NCBI GenBank assembly: GCA_030646675.1
Contig: JAUSKX010000025.1
Coordinates: 1 to 48,708 of the forward strand
Length of the DNA stretch: 48,708 bases
DNA from: Candidatus Azambacteria bacterium
GTDB taxonomy: Bacteria; Patescibacteriota; Minisyncoccia; UBA10092
Direction: 5' to 3'
The position numbers were made by a program, and so were the translations under genes. The notes beneath the pieces were generated by a model that did no database searches, had not been told where the DNA came from, and worked only from the letters and a program-made list of their open reading frames with translations. Shown piece by piece: positions 32,076-40,785 of the stretch (positions are counted from its first letter, which is position 1; the number at the start of each line of letters is the position of its first letter).

Positions 32076-32983
32076 AACTTTCAGGACTGGGCCGCGGTTT
32101 GGAATCGTTAATTCCAAGAACAACGCCGTTAAGCCAACAACAAAACACAGCAGACAGAAGCGCGGAACAGCCGCGCCATAAAGAAAGCATTTTTTTGCTT
32201 GAAGTCGATAAGGTAAAAGAAAATCCGCTTCAGCCGCGCCGCGATTTTGACGAAACTGAATTAAGGTCTTTGGCCGATTCCATCCGCGAACACGGTGTTT
32301 TACAGCCGATTATTGTTACAAAAATAGAAGAAGAAAATTTATCGGGTATAAAAGTTTCTTATGAGTTGATAGCGGGCGAGAGACGGCTTAGAGCCGCGAA
32401 AATGTCGGGGCTTGATTTTGTTCCGGCGATAATCAGGAAAAAAACCGACGATAAGGAAAGGTTAGAACTTGCGTTAGTTGAAAATGTTCAACGCGCCGAT
32501 TTAAATGCCATAGAGAAAGCCCGGAGCTTTGAACGTTTAACCGGAGAATTCGGTTTTACGCAAAAACAAGTTGCCGAAAGAATCGGCCAATCAAGAGAAT
32601 TGGTCGCCAATACTATTCGTCTTTTACAATTGCCCATTGAAATCATGCGAGCGGTTGAAATGGGAAAAATTTCAGAAGGCCATGCCAGGGGGATTTTGTC
32701 GGTTGATGATGAAAATCAGAGAATGGCGCTTTATAACGAAATAATAACGAAAAATCTGACGGTAAGAGCTGTGGAAAGTTTAGGGAGAAAAATGAAAGGC
32801 GTCTCAAAGAGAACGAATAGCGGCTTTCTTGACCCGGAATCGAAAATTTTAGAATCGCGGCTGGAAGATTTTTTGGGGACTCGGGTTAAACTGGCCAAGG
32901 AAGACGGAAAGGGCAGTATTTTAATCGAATTTTATTCTCCCGAAGAATTCAATTCTATTATAGACAAAATTTTTAAGTCCTAG
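32072..32983 (+). CDS. parB: Chromosome partitioning protein ParB/Spo0J
   Basis: Recognisable motifs are GLGRGLESLIP, the ParB box GERRLRAAK, and the HTH QKQVAERIGQSRELVANTIRLL. It has an ATGA overlap with parA. Confidence 0.9.
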   Translation: MKLSGLGRGLESLIPRTTPLSQQQNTADRSAEQPRHKESIFLLEVDKVKENPLQPRRDFDETELRSLADSIREHGVLQPIIVTKIEEENLSGIKVSYELIAGERRLRAAKMSGLDFVPAIIRKKTDDKERLELALVENVQRADLNAIEKARSFERLTGEFGFTQKQVAERIGQSRELVANTIRLLQLPIEIMRAVEMGKISEGHARGILSVDDENQRMALYNEIITKNLTVRAVESLGRKMKGVSKRTNSGFLDPESKILESRLEDFLGTRVKLAKEDGKGSILIEFYSPEEFNSIIDKIFKS

Positions 32984-34133
32984 TCTTTTTCGGTTTCCCC
33001 GCCCCGCGGGTGGCCGTCCGAAGGATGGTATTTTTTTCCCGCAAAAAACTTTTTATCCTATCTTTTGCCGTATCCGTTTTCACGAAATTAAGCCAATCTA
33101 TAGAGGGCTTTTTTCCTTTCTGAATTAAAATCTCTATTGAATCCCCGGTATTTAATTTAGTATCGAGCGGCGCCATTTTGCCGTTTATTTTCGCGCCGAC
33201 GCATTCGTTGCCGATGGTGGTGTGCACATAAAAAGCAAAGTCAACGGGCGTGGCGCCGCCGGGCAAATCAATCACGTCTCCTTTCGGGGTTGAAACAAAA
33301 ACGTGATTTTTGAAAGATTCGATTTTCAGGGATTTAAAAAATTCATCACTGCCCCTTACGGCTTTTTGCCACTCTCTCAATTGTTCAATCCACGCGGTTT
33401 CTTCGTCTCTTGTTTTTGAATATTGATTTTTTTCTTTGAAATTTCTTTCTTTATACGCCCAATGAGCGGCGATGCCGTTTTCGGCTTGCGCGTGCATTTC
33501 CGGAGTCCGGATTTGTATTTCGATTATTTTTTCTTCCGGGCCAAAAACCGAAGTATGCAAACTCCGATACCCATTCGGTTTGGGTATCGCGATATAATCT
33601 TTAACTTGGCCGGTAACCGGTCTCCATGCCTGATGTATGGCGCCGAGCGCCAGATAGCAGTCGTTTGCGTCTTTTGCGATGACGCGAGCGGCGATAAAAT
33701 CATGAATTTCATCAAAATTCATATCGCACCGCAGTAATTTCTTATACAGGCTATAAAAATGCTTGACCCGAGCGCTGATTTGGAGCGGAACAATTTTTTC
33801 CTTTCCAAGAATATTATGAAGTTCCGGCTCGATTTTATTCAGATATTCGGCGCGAGCTTCATATTTTTTGGCCGCCTCGCTTTCAACGAGCTTAAATTCC
33901 TTTGGGTACAAACACTTAAAAGCTGCGTCTTCCAATTTGCTTTTAAGCTCTCCCATGCCCAGCCGGTCGGCTGTCGGCGCGTAAATTTCCAGGGTCTCTA
34001 AAGCGTTTTCTTGGCTGACGTTGCGATAACGAGCGGTCAATTTGGCTAAAACAACCCGGATATCTTTGGCCGCGAGCAAAAATAATTTTATTTTATTATC
34101 TTCATTTTCATTCATCTTCTTTTTGCTTATCAT
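32973..34133 (-). CDS. RelA/SpoT-homologue: (p)ppGpp synthetase + TGS domains, with the HD hydrolase N-terminus and C-terminal regulatory domains absent
   Basis: The synthetase motifs are HFYSLYKKL, DFIAARVI, GYRSLHTSV and EIQIRTPEMHAQAE.GIAAHWAYKE. The TGS segment is VFVSTPKGDVIDLPGGATPVDFAFYVHT. The protein is only 386 aa, and there is no HD dipeptide in the first 100 residues. Confidence 0.85.
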   Translation of the reverse strand: MISKKKMNENEDNKIKLFLLAAKDIRVVLAKLTARYRNVSQENALETLEIYAPTADRLGMGELKSKLEDAAFKCLYPKEFKLVESEAAKKYEARAEYLNKIEPELHNILGKEKIVPLQISARVKHFYSLYKKLLRCDMNFDEIHDFIAARVIAKDANDCYLALGAIHQAWRPVTGQVKDYIAIPKPNGYRSLHTSVFGPEEKIIEIQIRTPEMHAQAENGIAAHWAYKERNFKEKNQYSKTRDEETAWIEQLREWQKAVRGSDEFFKSLKIESFKNHVFVSTPKGDVIDLPGGATPVDFAFYVHTTIGNECVGAKINGKMAPLDTKLNTGDSIEILIQKGKKPSIDWLNFVKTDTAKDRIKSFLREKNTILRTATRGAGKPKKTRT

Positions 34134-36159
34134 CTTCCGAATCTCCCGGAGGGGGATTTTTTTCCGGATTTTCCCACGTGGCGTAATCGCATTTTGGCCA
34201 ATTGGAGCATCCCCAGAAAGTCCGCCCTTTTTTGGTGCGCCGTTTGACGACTTTCCCCGTATTACATTTGGAGCAACTGCCCAAGTCTTCTTGTTCCTGT
34301 AATGGCGCCGTATATTTGCATTTTGGAAAACCGGAGCAGGCGTAAAATTTGCCGAACCGCCCCATTCTTATTATTACTTCTTCACCGCATTCCGGGCATT
34401 TCAGGGCGGTTTTTTCAATTGAAACTTCTTTTTTTATTTCAATGGATTTTAGAGCAAGGTTTTTTGCGAAAGGTTCCCAGAAATCCCTTATAACCGGCTG
34501 CCATTCTTTTTTTCCCTCGGCGATTTCATCCAGACTGTCTTCCATTCTGGCGGTAAATTTTATGTCAACAATATCGGGAAAATGTTTCACCAAAAGATTA
34601 TTTACCAAAATACCGATATCCGTCGGCTTAAGTCTCTTATCTTCGTCTTTTATAACGTAACGGCGCGTCTGAATTGTCGCCAGAGTCGGCGCGTAGGTCG
34701 ACGGCCGGCCGATGCCATATTCCTCAAGAGCCTTGATTAAACTGGCTTCATTATAGTATGCCGGCGGTTCTGTGAAATGCTGGCTCGGCCCCAACTCTTT
34801 AAGTTCCAGGGCGTCTTTTTCTTTAAGTAAGGGAAGAGAATTTTCCGATAATTTTTGAGGATAAACTTTTAAAAATCCGTCAAATTTCAAAACATTTCCC
34901 GTAGCTCTGAAGGTCCAATTATTATTGGCGTTTTCCGCCAATACAGCTATGCCGGTGGCTTCAAAAATAGCGCTGGACATCTGACTGGCAATAAATCTTT
35001 TCCAGATTAAATCGTAAAGCTTGAACTGTTGCGGCGCGAGCTTCTCTTTTAATTTCTCGGGGTCTTTTTCGGGCGCCGTCGGCCGTATAGCTTCATGCGC
35101 TTCTTGGGCCGTTTTTGATTTTGTTTTGTAAATTCTGGGAGTTGCCGATAAATAATTTTTTCCAAAATCTTTTTTTATTTTTTCATTTGCCGCGGCAACG
35201 GAATCTTTTGATAAATTGAATGAATCGGTGCGCATGTAGGTAATCAGCCCGGTCTCATAAAGCTGCTGGGCCAGAAGCATGGTTTGCTTGGCGCCGAAGC
35301 CGAACCAGCTCCAGGCGGTCTGCTGAAGCGTTGAAGTTATAAATGGCGGTAGCGGCTGGCGTTTCGATTCTTTTTTCTCTATTTTAGAAACATGCCATTT
35401 GGCATCATTTAAATCGGCGACTATTTTTTCTGCTTCGGCGGTTGTTTTTATAGAAAATTTTCCTAACTTGTCTTTTCCAATTTGCGTCAATTGGGCTTCG
35501 AATTCCTCATTTTTTAGCAGAATTGCGGAAATTGTGTGATATTCTTCCGGCTTGAAATCTTCTATTTCTTTGGCGCGCTCAACAACTAGACGGACGGCAA
35601 CCGATTGAACGCGGCCGGCCGACAATCCCTTGGCGACTTTTTTCCACAAAAGAGGCGATAACTTGTAACCGACCAAACGGTCCAGAATCCGGCGCGCCTG
35701 CTGGGCGTCAACCAATTTTAGGTCAATATCGCGGGGGTTTTTTAACGCTTCTTTTATGGCGCTTTCCGTAATTTCGTGAAAAACAATCCGCTTCACTTTG
35801 ACATTTAACATTTGACCCTTGACATTTGACTTGTCATTTGTCAATTGTTTTTGGTCAATTGTGTTCAGGCTTAATGCCTGGACTAAATGCCATGCTATGG
35901 CCTCGCCTTCGCGGTCTTCGTCAGTCGCGAGAATAACTTCGCTTGATTTTTTTGCCGCCGATTTCAGCTCGGCCACTCTTTTTTTGGCTTTGGGCAGAAT
36001 CGTATATTTCGGCTCGAAATTATTATCAACATCAATGCCCAGCTGTCTTTCTGGCAGGTCGCGGACATGGCCATACGATGATTCTATTTTATAATCATCG
36101 CCAAGAAACTTTGAAATTGTTTTCGCCTTTGTTGGCGACTCAACTATTATAAATTTCAT
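34108..36159 (-). CDS. topA: DNA topoisomerase I
   Basis: The Toprim N-terminus is MKFIIVESPTKAKTISKFLG and ATDEDREGEAIAWH. The active-site region is YMRTDS. The C-terminal zinc ribbons are CPECG...C..FPKC and C.KCN...C.NWPKC. Confidence 0.95.
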   Translation of the reverse strand: MKFIIVESPTKAKTISKFLGDDYKIESSYGHVRDLPERQLGIDVDNNFEPKYTILPKAKKRVAELKSAAKKSSEVILATDEDREGEAIAWHLVQALSLNTIDQKQLTNDKSNVKGQMLNVKVKRIVFHEITESAIKEALKNPRDIDLKLVDAQQARRILDRLVGYKLSPLLWKKVAKGLSAGRVQSVAVRLVVERAKEIEDFKPEEYHTISAILLKNEEFEAQLTQIGKDKLGKFSIKTTAEAEKIVADLNDAKWHVSKIEKKESKRQPLPPFITSTLQQTAWSWFGFGAKQTMLLAQQLYETGLITYMRTDSFNLSKDSVAAANEKIKKDFGKNYLSATPRIYKTKSKTAQEAHEAIRPTAPEKDPEKLKEKLAPQQFKLYDLIWKRFIASQMSSAIFEATGIAVLAENANNNWTFRATGNVLKFDGFLKVYPQKLSENSLPLLKEKDALELKELGPSQHFTEPPAYYNEASLIKALEEYGIGRPSTYAPTLATIQTRRYVIKDEDKRLKPTDIGILVNNLLVKHFPDIVDIKFTARMEDSLDEIAEGKKEWQPVIRDFWEPFAKNLALKSIEIKKEVSIEKTALKCPECGEEVIIRMGRFGKFYACSGFPKCKYTAPLQEQEDLGSCSKCNTGKVVKRRTKKGRTFWGCSNWPKCDYATWENPEKNPPPGDSEDDKQKEDE

Positions 36160-36170
36160 AATTCGGTAAT

Positions 36171-37088
36171 TTATTTCATTCTGACAAATTTACCGCTGCC
36201 GATGTTTTTTATAATTTTTTTTATTTCTAAAACGGAAACGGCTGACAACACTTGACTAGCGGCCATTTTAGACGTCTCGCAGATTTTGTCAATGTTGGTC
36301 GGCTCCTTCTCAATAATAGTGAGAATTATTTTTTCTTCATCCGACAAGCTTTCTTCGTCGCCGGATTTCTTTTTGGCTTTTAATTCCGCCATATTTAATT
36401 CTTCCAAAATATCGTCAACGGAAGTAACAACCCTGGCGCCGCCTTTTATGAGCATATTTGTGCCGGCGGAATTTTTGGAAAAAATTGAACCGGGGATGGC
36501 GAAAACGTCGCGATTCTGTTCCAGCGCCATGCGGGCGGTAATCAGGGCGCCGGATTTTTCCGGCGCTTCGACAACCAGGACGCCGCGGGAAAGGCCGGAA
36601 ATTATGCGGTTGCGTTCCGGGAAAAACCAGATTTCCGATTTGGTGCCGGGGGCGTATTCGCTTATAACCGCTCCGCCGGAAGATATTATTTTTTTCGCCA
36701 GTTTTAAGTTGGAAGCAGGATAGATGGAATTATCGTCTATGGCGGAACCGATTACGGCAATTGTTTTCCCATGGCCTTCCAGTGCTCCGCAGTGCGCCTC
36801 GGTATCAATGCCTATGGCCAGCCCGCTTACTATATTAAATCCTAACTCGGCAAGTTCTTTGGCAATTTTGGAAGCCAAGGTTTTTCCGTATTCGGAAGCG
36901 GCTCTCGTGCCGACAATGGCAAAATTCATTTCATGGTTGCCGGGCAGTTCGCCTCTGATATAAAGCTGTTTAGGAGCGCCGGAAATTTCTTTCAAAATTT
37001 CCGGATAATTCCGCGACGATTTTTTTATAACCGCAATTTTTTCTTTTTCATCCATAATGCTAAACATATCAGAAATAGCGGCAAGCAT
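36171..37088 (-). CDS. dprA: DNA processing protein DprA/Smf
   Basis: The Rossmann-like core has AIVGTRAASEYG, SGLAIGIDTEAHCGAL and FPERNRIISGLS. There is a C-terminal winged-helix-like tail. I prefer the start at ATG 37088 to the TTG at 37091. Confidence 0.85.
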   Translation of the reverse strand: MLAAISDMFSIMDEKEKIAVIKKSSRNYPEILKEISGAPKQLYIRGELPGNHEMNFAIVGTRAASEYGKTLASKIAKELAELGFNIVSGLAIGIDTEAHCGALEGHGKTIAVIGSAIDDNSIYPASNLKLAKKIISSGGAVISEYAPGTKSEIWFFPERNRIISGLSRGVLVVEAPEKSGALITARMALEQNRDVFAIPGSIFSKNSAGTNMLIKGGARVVTSVDDILEELNMAELKAKKKSGDEESLSDEEKIILTIIEKEPTNIDKICETSKMAASQVLSAVSVLEIKKIIKNIGSGKFVRMK

Positions 37089-37097
37089 CAATCAAAC

Positions 37098-37126
37098 TTG
37101 ACAAAAGTACTAATTTGGAGTACTAT
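37098..37126 (+). promoter_or_regulatory. Candidate promoter TTGACA-17-TACTAT for the small membrane-protein cassette
   Basis: The -35 at 37098-37103 is an exact consensus, the spacer is 17 nt, and the -10 is at 37121-37126. SD AAGGAGG (37134-37140) and ATG 37148 follow. Confidence 0.55.
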
Positions 37127-37147
37127 AAAAACAAAGGAGGATATACT

Positions 37148-37369
37148 ATGAAGAAAATTGGTTGTTTGTGCGTCTTAAGTGTCGTACTCTTCTCAATCTT
37201 CTATCTGTATCTCATATCTCCCGCTCTTGAGCATCCATTGGGATGGCGGCTTTTGCCCCTGCTTGCCTTAGGGGTCGGGGCTTTGTGGGCCTTCGCTGAA
37301 GCTCTTTACACTGCGATGCGTCTCTATGTGGAGCCGTTTCTAAAAAAACGGTTTCCCGAGTGGGCTTAG
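37148..37369 (+). CDS. Small (73-aa) two-TM membrane protein in a self-contained cassette
   Basis: I chose the start at ATG 37148, 7 nt after the SD. The hydrophobic helices are IGCLCVLSVVLFSIFYLYLI and LLPLLALGVGALWAFAEALY. Its stop codon sits in the loop of a terminator hairpin. Confidence 0.5.
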   Translation: MKKIGCLCVLSVVLFSIFYLYLISPALEHPLGWRLLPLLALGVGALWAFAEALYTAMRLYVEPFLKKRFPEWA

Positions 37370-37828
37370 GCCCACTTTTTTTATTGTATGGTTCAAGGTT
37401 TTCAATTCAGTTGGTGTGAATTTTTTTAAGATAATCTTGTCGGCTGATATATGTTTTTTAAGTGTTGGTTGAATCCCAATTCTTAGTCGCCAGAAATTTT
37501 TGGTTTTTAGCGCCTTAATAATTGATTCAACGCCCTTGTGGCCGGCCGATGAATGGCCGAAAGAAAATTTAAAATTGCCCCATGCGATATCAATATCGTC
37601 ATGGACGATTAAAATATTTTCCGGTTTTATTTTATGAAGTTTGGACAGAGCTAAGACCGCGTCGCCAGATTTATTCATAAATGTCTGGGGCTTTTCGACT
37701 ATAAAATTGGTTTTAACTTGTTCCGATAATTTATCAATAAAAATAAATCCCATATTATGGCGGGTGTTTTCGTATTCTTTTCCCGGATTTCCGAGACCGA
37801 TAATAAGCTTGATATTGATTTTATCCAT
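37340..37828 (-). CDS. pth: Peptidyl-tRNA hydrolase
   Basis: Recognisable motifs are LIIGLGNPGKEYENTRHNMGF, VHDDIDI and GHKGVESI. Confidence 0.9.
   Translation of the reverse strand: MDKINIKLIIGLGNPGKEYENTRHNMGFIFIDKLSEQVKTNFIVEKPQTFMNKSGDAVLALSKLHKIKPENILIVHDDIDIAWGNFKFSFGHSSAGHKGVESIIKALKTKNFWRLRIGIQPTLKKHISADKIILKKFTPTELKTLNHTIKKVGLSPLGKPFF
37360..37382 (+). terminator. Intrinsic terminator GTGGGC-TTAG-GCCCAC plus T7, embedded in the 3' end of the convergent pth
   Basis: A 6-bp GC stem is followed by seven T residues. The region also encodes the last 13 codons of pth on the opposite strand. Confidence 0.5.
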
Positions 37829-37873
37829 TTTTTAATATAGAATAGCATAAAATATGCCCAAATATACAACTTT

Positions 37874-38410
37874 ATGAATTTTTTGAAGTCGCTTTTCGAT
37901 ATTGTGAAGATTGCCGTCGTGGCCCTGGTTCTCGCGCTTACCGTCCGCTATTTTTTGGTTCAGCCATTTTTTGTCGAGGGCGCCTCGATGGAGCCCAATT
38001 TTGAAAGCGGTGAATATCTTTTAATCGATGAGGTCAGTTATAATTTTAAATCCGCCAGTCGCGGAGAAGTTATTGTTTTTCACTATCCTTTGGACACTTC
38101 AAAATATTATATAAAAAGAATCGTAGGCCTTCCGGGAGAAACGGTTGAAGTTAAAAATGGCAAAGTAATTATTTATAACAGCGCGAGTCCCGACGGCGCT
38201 ATTTTAGACGAAGGCTACTTGTCTGAAAATTTAGCGACCAGCGGCCAGACAAAAAAGAAATTGAGCGCGGATGAATATTTTGTTTTGGGAGACAATAGGC
38301 CGGTTTCTTCCGATTCGCGTATTTGGGGCTCTTTGCCAAAGAGCGATATTGTCGGCCGGGTTTGGATTAGGGTTTGGCCGTTTAACAGAACTGTAATTTT
38401 TAATTATTAA
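37874..38410 (+). CDS. lepB: Signal peptidase I
   Basis: It has an N-terminal TM. The catalytic Ser box is GASMEPNF and the Lys box is YIKRIVGLPGE. GDNRPVSSDSR is also present. Confidence 0.9.
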   Translation: MNFLKSLFDIVKIAVVALVLALTVRYFLVQPFFVEGASMEPNFESGEYLLIDEVSYNFKSASRGEVIVFHYPLDTSKYYIKRIVGLPGETVEVKNGKVIIYNSASPDGAILDEGYLSENLATSGQTKKKLSADEYFVLGDNRPVSSDSRIWGSLPKSDIVGRVWIRVWPFNRTVIFNY

Positions 38411-38411
38411 C

Positions 38412-39740
38412 ATGCCAAGAACGCCAAAAGCAAAATCTTTTCAGGCTCCAAAAGGAATGAACGACGTCTTGCCCGGCGTTCAAAAATATTGGGATAAATT
38501 TTATAGAGTCGTCAGGGAACTCTCGCTGTTTTACGGTTTTGAAACTCTGGAAACACCGGTTTTGGAATTTGCCGATTTGTTTAAAAAGGGAATCGGACTA
38601 AACACCGATGTGGTGGAGCACGAAATGTATACTCTTAAAACGAAGGGGGGCGATTTTTTGGCATTGAGGCCGGAGTTAACGGCGTCTATTGTCAGGGCAT
38701 ATATAGAAAATGGATTCGCCAATCAGCCGCAGCCGGTTAAATTTTTTCATCACGGGCCTGTATTTCGGCATGAATCGGCTCAAGCCGGGCGCTACCGCCA
38801 ATTTCATCAGGCCGATTTTGATATTATCGGGGAAAGCGACCCGGTTGTTGATGCCCAGGTTATTCAGGTGGTTTACGCCGTTTTAAGCGAGCTTGGATTG
38901 AAAGGGCTTTCCATTCATATAAACAGCATCGGCGACAAAACCTGCTGGGTTAAATATCGCGACGAATTGAAGTTATACTATCGCAATAAGATGGGTCGTT
39001 TATGCCGAAATTGCAAAAAGAGATTCAAAGAAAATCCCTTGAGACTGCTTGATTGCAAAGAAGAGGAGTGCGTCGCGCTTAAGGCCGCGGCGCCCAATTC
39101 GATTGATTATTTGGACAAGCCCTGCCACGACCATTTTAAATTGGTTTTGGAGTTTCTGGATGAGCTTAACGTTCCCTATGTTTTGGACCCCTATCTTGTC
39201 AGAGGACTTGACTACTACACGCGCACGGTTTTTGAAATTATACATGATGACGCGACCGGCTCTCAAACTGCGCTGGCTTCCGGCGGCCGCTATGATTATC
39301 TGGTTTCCCAACTTGGGGGTAAGCCGGCTCCGGCTATTGGAGGTTCGATTGGTATTGAGCGGGCGATTAATGAAATGCGCCGGCAGGATGTGAAAGTTGC
39401 CGCCATTAAACCCAAGGTTCGGATTTTTCTGGCCCAAATCGGGGATTTGGCGAAGAAAAAATGCTTGGGACTTTTTGAAGAATTCAGAAAAAACAATATA
39501 TACGTTTCCGAATCGCTTGGGCGCGACTCCATAAAGGCTCAGTTAAGGGTGGCCGACCGCTTGGGCGCCGATTTGGCGTTAATTATAGGGCAAAAAGAGG
39601 CGCTCGACGAAACGGTGATTTTAAGAGAAATGCAATCCGGCGTCCAAGAAGTTATTCCTTTGGCGAAAATTATTGATGCCGCGAAAAAACGCCTTAAAAA
39701 AATCCATCCTCGCGCTATTGCCAATAGCAATAATTCGTGA
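38412..39740 (+). CDS. hisS: Histidyl-tRNA synthetase
   Basis: Class II motifs are present: LRPELTASIVRAY, FHHGPVFRHE..QAGRYRQFHQ and GGRYDYL. There is a C-terminal anticodon-binding domain. Confidence 0.9.
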   Translation: MPRTPKAKSFQAPKGMNDVLPGVQKYWDKFYRVVRELSLFYGFETLETPVLEFADLFKKGIGLNTDVVEHEMYTLKTKGGDFLALRPELTASIVRAYIENGFANQPQPVKFFHHGPVFRHESAQAGRYRQFHQADFDIIGESDPVVDAQVIQVVYAVLSELGLKGLSIHINSIGDKTCWVKYRDELKLYYRNKMGRLCRNCKKRFKENPLRLLDCKEEECVALKAAAPNSIDYLDKPCHDHFKLVLEFLDELNVPYVLDPYLVRGLDYYTRTVFEIIHDDATGSQTALASGGRYDYLVSQLGGKPAPAIGGSIGIERAINEMRRQDVKVAAIKPKVRIFLAQIGDLAKKKCLGLFEEFRKNNIYVSESLGRDSIKAQLRVADRLGADLALIIGQKEALDETVILREMQSGVQEVIPLAKIIDAAKKRLKKIHPRAIANSNNS

Positions 39741-39790
39741 TATAAAAGGTGTAAAATAAGTTCTTTAATACAAGGGGGGGGAGGTGCTAA

Positions 39791-40147
39791 ATGACAAAGG
39801 TTGAAGGAAGATTTGAAATAGGCGATACAATGTTTGAATTGATTGACTTTTTCGAGCCCAATGAGATTTTTGTTGAAGGCACCATTATGCTTAAGCGTGG
39901 CAGAAAAATGGGCATTAGGCTCAAGAAAGAAATGGTTAAAAAACTACTTGAAAATAAACACCTCATTCCGGGGGAATTGGGAGAGTTTGACATCGTTCTC
40001 GCAGGTGTCAAAATCAAGTTTGGCGAGCGCGAAATTAAGATGATTCCCTATATTCATAAATTGGGGAATAATTGGGTCGTGGGGTATGGCGGCATCAAGT
40101 ATGATTGGCATAGGCGCGCTCGCCTTGCCCGTTCTTGTGAGCAGTAA
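39791..40147 (+). CDS. Hypothetical 118-aa protein in a self-contained cassette
   Basis: The SD is very strong (GGGGGGGGAGGTG, 39774-39786) and there is a clean terminator downstream. I recognise no family. Confidence 0.5.
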   Translation: MTKVEGRFEIGDTMFELIDFFEPNEIFVEGTIMLKRGRKMGIRLKKEMVKKLLENKHLIPGELGEFDIVLAGVKIKFGEREIKMIPYIHKLGNNWVVGYGGIKYDWHRRARLARSCEQ

Positions 40148-40153
40148 AAATTT

Positions 40154-40181
40154 GGCCTTGACGATGTCAAGGCCTTTTGTT
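40154..40181 (+). terminator. Intrinsic terminator GGCCTTGAC-GAT-GTCAAGGCC plus a T-run
   Basis: A perfect 9-bp stem is followed by TTTTGTT, 7 nt after the stop of the 118-aa ORF. Confidence 0.65.
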
Positions 40182-40195
40182 ATACATAATCTCGT

Positions 40196-40528
40196 ATGGA
40201 TTGTATCTTTTGCAAGATAGCCAATAAAGAAATAAATTCGGAAATAGTTTCCGAAGACGATAATTTCGTTGTTTTTAAAGATATCAATCCGAAAGCGCCG
40301 GTGCATTTGCTGATAGTTCCCAAAATACATATCGGGCCGGTAAATTCTTTAGTTCTTAAAGATAAAGAAACTATAAGCGGAATAATTTTGAAAGCGAAAG
40401 AAATCGCGGAAAAAGTTGGTGTCGCGGAAAACGGCTACAGATTAATATTTAATGTCGGCAAAGACGCGGGGATGGAAGTTAACCATCTTCATTTGCATCT
40501 TTTGGCCGGCAAGCCGTTACAATTTTAA
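40196..40528 (+). CDS. HIT-family (histidine triad) nucleotide hydrolase
   Basis: Recognisable motifs are CIFCKI, NPKAPVHLLIVPK and the triad HLHLHLL. Confidence 0.85.
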   Translation: MDCIFCKIANKEINSEIVSEDDNFVVFKDINPKAPVHLLIVPKIHIGPVNSLVLKDKETISGIILKAKEIAEKVGVAENGYRLIFNVGKDAGMEVNHLHLHLLAGKPLQF

Positions 40529-40551
40529 ATTTTAAATTCTAAATTTTAAAT

Positions 40552-40785
40552 ATGGCAATTGAAGTTAAAAAAAGAGAAAAAGAATCAGCGCAAGGCATGT
40601 TGAGGCGCTTTACGAGGCGCGTTCAGCAAAGCGGCATTTTAATCAGGGCCCGCCGAGGCCGTTTTTATGTTTCCCCGCTTTCTAAAAGGCAAAAAAAATT
40701 AGGCGCTTTAAGACGGCTGGTTAATCAAAAAGAAAGAGAAAAACTTTATAAATTAGGAAAATTAGAAAATGAGTATAAAAGATAA
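40552..40785 (+). CDS. rpsU: 30S ribosomal protein S21
   Basis: A basic 77-aa protein with the S21-like pattern ESAQGMLRRFTRRVQQSGIL...ARRGRFYVSPLSKRQKK. Confidence 0.85.
   Translation: MAIEVKKREKESAQGMLRRFTRRVQQSGILIRARRGRFYVSPLSKRQKKLGALRRLVNQKEREKLYKLGKLENEYKR

Noticed and set aside
32984-34200. A search for a parS site (TGTTTCACGTGAAACA-like) near parAB, including CACGTG cores at about 34186 and 17780.
   Set aside because: The CACGTG cores lack the flanking GTTT/AAAC arms. No convincing parS was seen in the window, so none is reported.
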